A stretch of 64,000 nt of DNA. Origin: Macrostomum lignano. Its lineage: Eukaryota. The notes below the pieces were generated by a model. That model did no database searches and was not told the origin of the DNA. It worked only from the letters and a program-made list of their open reading frames with translations. A program made the translations under genes and the position numbers. The stretch lies in NCBI GenBank assembly GCA_002269645.1, contig NIVC01002462.1:62001-126000 (forward strand), read 5' to 3'. This document shows, in pieces, positions 55,501 to 64,000 of this stretch (positions within the stretch are counted from its first letter, which is position 1; every line of letters begins with the position of its first letter).

Positions 55501-56089
55501 AAGTGTCGGAGATGTGAAGTGTCGGAGATGTGAAGTGTCGGAGATGTGAAGTGTCGGAGATGTGAAGTGTCGGAGATGTGAAGTGTCGGAGAGATGAAGT
55601 GTCGGAGATGTGAAGTGTCGGAGATGTGAAGTGTCGGAGATGTGAAGTGTCGGAGATGTGAAGTGTCGGAGATACGAAAGCCCCAATTGATTCGCTCCGC
55701 AGGTGCTGGCCTACATGAACAGCTGCATGAACCCCATCGTGTACGCATTTGTGTCCGATAACTACCGTCAGGCCTTCGCCAGCTTCCTGGGCATCCAGCT
55801 GGCCCAGCGGACCAGGCGCGGCACCAATGCGGGCCGCAGTGTGGTGCAGAACACCGCGAAGAACTCAGCTGACCAGGCTGTCAGCAAGCGCGCCTCCGGC
55901 AACGGCAACGCGGCCGCCGCTACACAGTCGCCAGTCGTCGGCTCCGATGACGACGACAATGAGAAGGAAGAGTGCGCAGCAGTGGTGGGGGCGGCGGCGG
56001 CTCGCGGCCGCTGCGAGTCGGTGGAGCTGGTGCCGCTGAACAACCGCGTTGAGCTGGCGGCCCAGGTGCACAGCGACCGGAGCTCATAA
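52562..56089 (+). CDS. Rhodopsin-class neuropeptide GPCR of the allatostatin-A/galanin receptor family, ~427 aa
   Basis: Exon 1 52562-53458 (donor GTGAG) and exon 2 55703-56089 (acceptor CCGCAG), phase 0. Motifs GLLGNALV, MRSTTNILITSLAVADLLFITLCVPFTA, SVYTLVLMSADRYLAVVHPI, FGTCWLPIH and LAYMNSCMNPIVYAFVSDNYR. Confidence 0.9.
53480..54295. repeat. 49-bp minisatellite containing the palindrome TCACTCAC-T-GTGAGTGA (GPCR intron)
   Basis: Period 49 (for example 53507 to 53556). Confidence 0.93.
54855..55675. repeat. 16-bp minisatellite (GTGAAGTGTCGGAGAT)n (GPCR intron)
   Basis: Direct periodicity. Confidence 0.95.
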
Positions 56090-56689
56090 AATTTTCGACC
56101 ATCGCAAGCGGCGTTTTGCTGGCACTTTTGAGCAGACTTTGCCGACAATAATTAGCAGCAATTAACAAAAGAAGAACTGCTTAATTTCTTATTAATGGAA
56201 CTTTGAGCAGCTACACTGAACCCAAAGCTAATCGTTGATATCTGAGAAATCTAGAATGAATTTTACAAAGTGCGAACTGTTTAGCTGCACTCATACTTAA
56301 GCTAGAGATTCTCTCGGGCATCTCTCTCTGCATGTCATTAAACTCTATCGTCGCGCCTAAAGATTATTGGTAATGTTAGACCTCTGAAAGCTTCTTTAAT
56401 GCGGCATTGGTCTCACCTGCAACTATTTTTGAGCCAGAAAAACTAAATCTCTAAATATTTAGCACACATTTCTCCATTACGAGTACTGACTAGTAAAGAG
56501 ACGATGCACCTGAATATTAAGCATAAGCACCTTAACTATATCACCTGCTTGTTGTGTCTCATTTCACTTGGCTAATAGCTGAAAATAATACTAAAAGGTA
56601 ATCGAAAATGCGAAAGTTCTCGTGTCCTTTTTAATGCCAGCCCAGTCGCAGCAGCAATATCTTTGATTCATTGTTTATTGAAGAAGGAC

Positions 56690-56920
56690 GGGGGTTCGAT
56701 TCCCGATCCCACTGGAACAATTTGTGCTGTTCTTGAGCAAGACACTTCACTCTGCATTGCTGCAGTTCACCCAGCTGTAAAATGGGTGCCAGCATTAGCT
56801 GGGGTAATTGAGGCTGTGTGTGGCGACCCCCCCCCCCCAGTCCTGACTTCACTGAGCAACCGCTGAGCATAGCAAGTTGCGGATAGTGAAAAATCCGAGC
56901 GGAGGCCATCTGTCGGCACA
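56690..56920 (+). mobile_element. CORE-type tRNA-derived SINE, partial head, with an alternative 3' tail
   Basis: B box GGTTCGATTC followed by CTTGAGCAAGACACTTCACTC...CAGTTCACCCAGCTGTAAAATGGG, which resembles the MIR/CORE consensus. Colinear with 60908-61190 up to the C-run, then diverges. Confidence 0.72.
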
Positions 56921-57427
56921 GAATGGACTTTTGATGCCGCAACTTTCTTTTATATTTATTTCTCTAAGCATAAAAACCTCCACCATTAAAATTAGTGGCA
57001 CTCTGGCCCACAACACTGTGAGCAAGCTGCTATTAAGAAATAGACAAAATCAAATAGAAATTACAGGTAAAAAGAAACAGAAACTCTGCAAAATTCTTAA
57101 AAAATAGCAGATACAGCTGTGACAATTCCGTCCATTCGACCAACTTCTGAGCAAACCCCAGGCAAGCGCGGTGCTCACGGACCCACCTGAGGCTGAGTAA
57201 AACAATCAAAAGCATTATTTGCTAGAATTAAATATTATCCCGCCCTTGACAACCGTTTCCAGCGATCAATTCTTATCCCTGTCTTTCCTCACGAAAGGCA
57301 AACTTAATCCCTGATCGATAGAACATATGCGGCGCTGAAACACTTGGCAAACACTGGTATTGACTGAGATTCGCTTCTACCTGCCTTCCGGATGTTTGAA
57401 AAAGAAGCAGCAATGTCTGTATTCCCT

Positions 57428-58065
57428 GATCAATGACCCTGACCCAATGATCCTGATCAATGACCCTGACCCAATGATCCTGACCCAATGACCCTGACCC
57501 AATGATCCTGATCAATGACCCTGACCCAATGATCCTGACCCAATGACCCTGACCCAATGACCCTGACCCAATGACCCTGACCCAATGACCCTGACCCAAT
57601 GATCCTGACCCAATGACCCTGACCCAATGACCCTGACCCAATGAGCCTGACCCAATGACCCTGACCCAATGATCCTGACCCAATGACCCTGACCCAATGA
57701 CCCTGACCCAATGACCCTGACCCAATGACCCTGACCCAATGACCCTGACCCAACGACCCTGACCTAATGACCCTGACCCAATGACCCTGACCCAATGACC
57801 CTGACCCAATGACCCTGACCCAATGATCCTGACCCAACGACCCTGACCTAATGACCCTGACCCAATGACCCTGACCCAATGACCCTGACCCAATGACCCT
57901 GACCCAATGATCCTGATCCAATGATCCTGACCCAATGATCCTGATCCAATGATCCTGACCCAGTGATCCTGACCCAATGACTCTGACCCAATGATCCTGA
58001 TCCAATGATCTTGACCCAGTGACCCTGACCTAATGATCCTGACCTAATGACACTGACCCAATGAC
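57428..58065. repeat. 14-bp (TGACCCTGACCCAA)n
   Basis: Direct periodicity; the same family recurs at 60314-60588. Confidence 0.95.
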
Positions 58066-58238
58066 CCATGACAGCCAATGCCAAGGGCACAGACGCGCAC
58101 CAGCTCAAGAGTCAGTGAAACGTGCATGCGGGGCTTGACTCAATTTGACCAATTAACAGCTTTCTCTGAAAGTTTGCATCTCTTTATAAAGTCATGAGCA
58201 TTGTAATAAGCAGTCTGCTGCTGTCCCTGGCGACAAGG

Positions 58239-61200
58239 TCAAGGCGCATCAGGTATCGGCGGCAGTCGCACTTGCAGCTTGCCTCGACCGACGCTCCGCT
58301 CCGGCCGCTCCCCCGCCGACTTTTGAAGGTCTCGACCGATGCCGCCAGGCGATCGAACCGCTGGCTCGGCTGCTCGGGCGAACCCGACGGCGGTCTTTGA
58401 GCGGCCAGCTGACCAAGACGGCTGCGGCAGATTGGCTGACAAAGAGAATGACTTGAACTCCTGGTGGAGATGCGTATGGCGTAGATGTTTGTGCGTAACA
58501 CTGTCATGTAGACTGAGTATGAGTACGGTACAGACTGAGTAGGGTACGGTCTGAGTAGGGTACAGTCTGAGTAGGGTGCAGTCTGAGTAGGGTGCAGTCT
58601 GAGTAGGGTGCAGTCTGAGTAGGGTGCAGTCTGAGTAGGGTGCAGTCTGAGTAGGGTGCAGTCTGAGTAGGGTGCAGTCTGAGTAGGGTACAGTCTGAGT
58701 AGGGTACAGTCTGAGTAGGGTACAGTCTGAGTAGGGTACAGTTTGAGTAGGGTACGGTCTGAGTAGGGTACAGTCTGAGTAGGGTGCAGTCTGAGTAGGG
58801 TACAGTCTGAGTAGGGTACAGTCTGAGTAGGGTACAGTCTGAGTAGGGTGCAGTCTGAGTAGGGTACAGTTTGAGTAGGGTGCAGTCTGAGTAGGGTACA
58901 GTCTGAGTAGGGTACAGTCTGAGTAGGGTACAGTCTGAGTAGGGTGCAGTCTGAGTAGGGTACAGTTTGAGTAGGGTGCAGTCTGAGTAGGGTACAGTCT
59001 GAATAGGGTACAGCAAAGCAGGGCGCAGAAGGTTGTCAAACCGTAGTCTTGAGCGCAGTGTAGGGCGTGCAGGCGACGCCCATCGGCATGGTGGCCTGCG
59101 CTTCGACCCCGCCGAATTCGTGACGGCGGCCTGACCGGCTCATTCGAATACGTTCGAAGTCCAGCTCGGCTTTGAGACCGATTTGCGGCTGCGGGGTTCG
59201 AGCAGGTAGTTGAGACAATTTAACATTGGCTTTAGTTTGATAGAAGATGACGCACAATATTAGCTTGTAAACCGGCACCTTACCTTATGCCCTTCATTGT
59301 CAGAAGCGCTTACAACAGGCATAGTTTGAGATCGAACCTTCATGGTGGCGTCTGGTAGCTGGTCCTGGAATTGGTGCAGATAATACAGATTTGTTCTTTC
59401 GGTGTGTAGCGCAGCCTGGAGATCGAGCCTCTCGTCACGTGACTGATTGCAATGTACACTCAAACCTCTCGTCACGTGACTGATTGCAATGTACATTCAA
59501 GCCTCTCGTCATGTGACTGATTGCAATGTACATTCAAGCCTCTCGTCACGTGACTGATTGCAATGTACATTCAAGCCTCTCGTCATGTGACTGATTGCAA
59601 TGTACATTCAAGCCTCTCGTCACGTGACTGATTGCAATGTACATTCAAGCCTCTCGCCACGTGACTGATTGCAATGTACATTCAAGCGATCTGGTCACGT
59701 GACTGATTGCAATGTACATTCAAGCCTCTCGTCACGTGACTGATTGCAATGTACGCTCGTACATTCAAGCGATCTGGTCACGTGACTGATTGCAATGTAC
59801 TCGTACATTCAAGCCTCTCGTCACGTGACTTATTGCGACGAACATTCAAGCCTCTCGTCACGTGACTGATTGCAATGTACATTCAAGCCTCTCGTCACGT
59901 GACTTATTGCGACGAACATTCAAGTCTCTCGTCACGTGACTGATTGCAATGTACATTCAAGCCTCTCGTCACGTGACTCTTGCTTACCCCGGACTCGTCG
60001 GTTTCAACAATCATTGGCTGCACCGGGAATGATTTCCGAGCGCTCGACGGTTTGCCTTTTTCGCCGGCTTCGTCGGGCAAGGCATCGACTGTGGGGTTGA
60101 AGAGAGTTGGTTGTTTAATCAGTAAGCTTGTGTTCAAACGATAGAATACCTTCCCTTAACTAATTCTTCTCACCTTCATCGAAAAACTTTTGCCGGTCAA
60201 TCTGTGCCTGCTTCCAAGTCTTGCGATTGTTGATGTCCCATGGCTTTGGCTGTCAAAACAAATTGGGCATTGCTGATTTTAAAAGGCGGGAAAAACTGCT
60301 CTGATCTGTATTTTGACCCAATGACCCTGACCCAATGACCCTGACCCAATGAGCCTGACCCAATGACCCTGACCCAATGACCCTGACCCAATGACCCTGA
60401 CCCAATGACCCTGACCCAATGACCCTGACCCAATGACCCTGACCCAGTGACCCTGACCCAATGACCCTGACCCAGTGACCCTGACCCAATGACCCTGACC
60501 CAGTGACCCTAACCCAATGACCCTGACCCAATGATCCTGACCCAATGACCCTGACCCAATGACCCTGACCCAATGACCCTGAATGACCAGAAAGCCCCGC
60601 GCACCTGTCCGAACGTGCCGATGACGTCTCCATTGGCGGAGAACAGCTTGGCAGTGCAGTCGACGCTGGCCGTCACAATGAAGTCGCCGCGCTCCACTTC
60701 GGCAAAGTCTACGGAGACGATGGCCACGTCGTGGGCTCGAAATTCAGTCAGGCATGGCGGGGCGATGGTCTCGAGCTGGAGGGGGCCGAATGTGCAGAGA
60801 AAAAGTTGGTTGTGCAAAACTACAGGTCAGCAAAAATTTAGTTTGACGAAATTGAGGGTAAAGGCTAGGTGGGTCACGGATAGTTGGGTCAAGATAATAT
60901 GGGTCAATATTGTACGAGTATATATTGATTACACCTGCCCCAATGGCCAGATGTGCAACCGACAGCTCAGCCGCAGCTATTTGCGCGGCGCATCTGAAGG
61001 CTGCGTACGGCTGTTCAGTCCAAGGACTAGGGGGGGGGGGTCGCCACACAGAGCCTCAATTACCCCAGCTAATGCTCAAGAGTGAAGTTTCTTGCTCAAG
61101 AACAGCACAAATTGTTCCATTGGGATCACGAATCGAACCCCCGACCTTTCAGTCGTGAGTCCGACGCTCTAACGACTAGGCTACAACCCCTTGGGTCAAG

Positions 61201-63612
61201 ATAATATGGGTCAAGGTAAGTTACTTAGGACACTTTCAACAATCCCCAATCCACTTTCAACAATCCACAATCCACTTTCAACAATCCACAATCCACTTTC
61301 AACAATCCACAATCCACAATCCACTTTCAACAATCCACAACCCGTAGCCCCACCTTATCCTTCTGGAACAGGGCGTAGCCGCCAATGGTCCAGTTGCGCA
61401 CGTAGCCGCAGGTGTCGCCAGTCAGCAGTGCGGTGTTTCGCCGGTTTGTCGCCATGGCAAGCACACACTCGTCGGGCTCGGCAGCCGCTTGGAAGGCTGC
61501 CATCTCGTGTCGTCGGCCGTGGACGCTCCAGAATCTGACGAAGCCGGCCTCGCTGGTCACCAGAAAGCCGCTGTCGCGGTGCCGCTTCTCCGAGGCGCGC
61601 TGCTTCAGGAACAGCAGCTTGTCGACCGCGGGCGTCGGGCTGCGCTCGGCGGCGCCTCGGTCTGGACGGGACAGCCGGTGGCGCGAGTTCGGCCGGCTGT
61701 TGCCGGTGGCGGTGGAGCAACGCGAAGGAGGCGGCGTCAGGCCCTGCGCGCGGTAGATCTTCTTCTCGCTGCGGGATTGGGGTGATTTAGGAAAATAGAT
61801 CTTTGTGGTTAGCGATGATTTGGTTTGGTGAATCGATGTACGTTCATGTAGATTAATTATGGTTAGGATTGATTGGAGTGATTTAGAGTAGATTGGACCA
61901 GAGCGGGGTAGATTTGCGTGGGCTGAAGTAGATTGGCATAGACTAGGGTAGATCAGGTAGATTAGGTAGATTGGCGTCGACCAGGGTAGATTAGGTAGAT
62001 TAGGTAGATTGGCGTCGACCAGGGTAAATTGGAGTAGGCTTGTGTAGATTTGAGTAGGCTTGGGTAGATTGAAGTAGGCTTGGGTAGATTGGAGTAGGCT
62101 TGGGTAGATTGGAGTAGGCTTGGGTAGATTGGAGTAGGCTTGGGTAGATTGGAGTAGGCTTGGGTAGATTGGAGTAGGCTTGGGTAGATTGGAGTAGGCT
62201 TGGGTAGATTGGAGTAGGCTTGGGTAGATTGGAGTAGCCTTGGGTTTGATTGGAGTAGGCTTGGGTAGATTGGAGTAGGCTTGGGTAGATTGGAGTAGGC
62301 TTGGGTAGATTGGAGTAGGCTTGGGTAGATTGGAGTAGCCTTGGATAGATTGGAGTAGGCTTGGGTAGATTGGAGTAGCCTTGGGTAGATTGGAGTAGCC
62401 TTGGATAGATTGGAGTAGGCTTGGGTAGATTGGAGTAGCCTTGGGTAGATTGGAGTAGGCTTGGGTAGATTGGAGTAGGCTTGGTTAGATTGGAGTTGGC
62501 TTGGGTAGATTGGAGTAGGATTGGGTAGATTAGAGTAGGATTGGGTAGATTAGAGTAGGCTTGGGTAGATTTGAGTAGGCTTGGGTAGATTGGAGTAGCC
62601 TTGGGTAGATTGGAGTAGGCTTGGGTAGATTGGAGTAGGCTTGGGTAGATTGGAGTAGCCTTGGGTTTGATTGGAGTAGGCTTGGATAGATTGGAGTAGG
62701 CTTAGGTAGATTGGAGTAGGCTTGGGTACGTCGTAGATTGGCGTCGACCAGGGTAAATTGGAGTAGGCTTGGGTAGATTGGAGTAGGCTTGGGTAGATTG
62801 GAGTAGGATTGGGTAGATTAGAGTAGGATTGGGTAGATTGGAGTATGCTTGGGTAGATTTTGGTTGGTTTGATTGAATAGACTGGGTAGATTGAATAGAC
62901 TGGGGTAGATTGGCGTGAACTGGGGGTAGATTGGCGTGAACTGGGGTAGATTGGCGTGAACTGGGATAGATTGGCGTGAACTGGGGTAGATTGGCGTGAA
63001 CTGGGGTAAATTGGCATGAACTGGGGTAGATTGGCGTGAACTGGGGTAGATTGGCGTGAACTGGGGTAGATTGGCGTGAACTGGGGTAGATTGGCAATTG
63101 GCGTGAACTTGGGTAGATTGGCGTGAACTGGGGTAGATTGGCGTGAACTAGGGTAGATTGGCAATTGGCGTGAACTGGGGTAGATTGGCGTGAACTGGGG
63201 TAGATTGGCGTGAACTGGGGTAGATTCACAAGTCAGTACGCAGTAGACACATTTTACGTCGGAATGTTCGTAGGGGTAGTGTTGCATTTGGTTGGTTTGA
63301 TTAAAACGAATTTGGAGAGATTTGTGCGAGATTTGCGGTAAATCCGGTATACCGGATTTGGGATTAAGGTCAGATTAAATCAAGATTGCAGTCTGTCGCT
63401 CACATCCTCTCGTGAAATCCCTCTCGCAGTCTGACCAGCAGCTTCTCCAGTTCCACATGCCAGACCAGAATGGCCCCGTCGTAGCTGGCAGTGGCGAACA
63501 GGTCCGGCGGGCAGAAATCCGAGGTCAGAATGTCGTCTTCGTGCTGCACCCCGCCACGCCATTCCACGGCTGGCCGGACCAGGTCCTTCAGGCGGTTGGG
63601 AGGTTGGAATAT
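58239..63612 (-). CDS. WDR49: WD40-repeat protein, WDR49-like, 3' portion (5' exons lie beyond the window end)
   Basis: Exons 63612-63404, 61768-61354, 60775-60605, 60249-60174, 60088-59988, 59415-59284, 59188-59042 and 58460-58239 are phase-consistent GT-AG. Motifs EWRGGVQHEDDIL, ATASYDGAILVW, GFVRFW, LLTGDTCGYVRNW, FRAHDVAIVSV and IVTASVDCTAKLF..GTFGQ-PKPW. The symbol rests on recalled similarity; boundaries of the last small exons are less certain. Confidence 0.75.
58515..59010. repeat. 16-bp (AGTCTGAGTAGGGTAC)n in a WDR49-like intron
   Basis: Direct periodicity. Confidence 0.95.
59428..59978. repeat. 37-bp minisatellite (CGTCACGTGACTGATTGCAATGTACATTCAAGCCTCT)n in a WDR49-like intron
   Basis: Direct periodicity. 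Confidence 0.93.
60314..60588. repeat. 14-bp (TGACCCTGACCCAA)n in a WDR49-like intron
   Basis: Direct periodicity. Confidence 0.95.
60908..61190 (-). mobile_element. Near-full-length tRNA-derived CORE-type SINE (283 bp, internal CORE deletion) with a 24-bp target-site duplication
   Basis: tRNA-like head GGGGTTGTAGCCTAGTCGTTAGAGC (A box)...GGTTCGATTC (B box) followed by a CORE-like segment. TSD TTGGGTCAAGATAATATGGGTCAA at 60884-60907 and 61191-61214. Confidence 0.85.
61900..63230. repeat. 20-bp minisatellites (GGGTAGATTGGAGTAGGCTT)n grading into (GGGGTAGATTGGCGTGAACT)n
   Basis: Direct periodicity. Confidence 0.94.
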
Positions 63613-63619
63613 CTGGTAG

Positions 63620-64000
63620 TGTCTCTGTGTCTGAGTGTCTCTGTGTCTGAGTGTCTCTTTGTCTGAGTGTCTCTGTGTCTGAGTGTCTGAGTGTCTGAGT
63701 GTCTCTGTGTCTGAGTGTCTCTGTGTCTGAGTGTCTCTGTGTCTGAGTGTCTCTGTGTCTGAGTGTCTGAGTGTCTGAGTGTCTCTGTGTCTGAGTGTCT
63801 CTGTGTCTGAGTGTCTCTGTGTCTGAGTGTCTCTGTGTCTGAGTGTCTCTGTGTCTGAGTGTCTCTGTGTCTGAGTGTCTCTGTGTCTGAGTGTCTCTGT
63901 GTCTGAGTGTCTCTGTGTCTGAGTGTCTCTGTGTCTGAGTGTCTCTGTGTCTGAGTGTCTCTGTGTCTGAGTGTCTCTGTGTCTGAGTGTCTCTGTGTCT
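63620..64000. repeat. 16-bp (GTCTCTGTGTCTGAGT)n, running off the window end
   Basis: Direct periodicity. Confidence 0.95.

Overview
Intron-rich eukaryotic genomic DNA from an animal. The GC-rich exons, AT-rich spacers and minisatellite-filled introns resemble the flatworm Macrostomum lignano (inference from style, not a database match). Genes reconstructed by hand from GT-AG boundaries: a partial CCDC74/CCDC92-like gene (-), tRNA-Leu(AAG) (-), complete CCDC39 (-, 4 exons), a THAP-domain gene not captured as an intact ORF by the track (-), a 14-exon non-NMDA ionotropic glutamate receptor (+, with one apparent 1-nt frameshift), an allatostatin-A/galanin-family GPCR (+, 2 exons), and the 3' part of a WDR49-like gene (-). 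Mobile DNA: a 5'-truncated RNase H-bearing LINE, CORE-type tRNA-derived SINEs and a foldback-like element. Most long ORFs in the track are artefacts of tandem repeats. The standout is 17406-23190: a near-identical head-to-tail array of 1.37-1.62 kb monomers embedded in a (GATA)n tract. Each monomer carries a minimal type I hammerhead ribozyme on the minus strand, internal 255-bp subrepeats with twin hairpins, and a same-strand ORF. This looks like an unusually large retrozyme or non-autonomous Penelope-like element.
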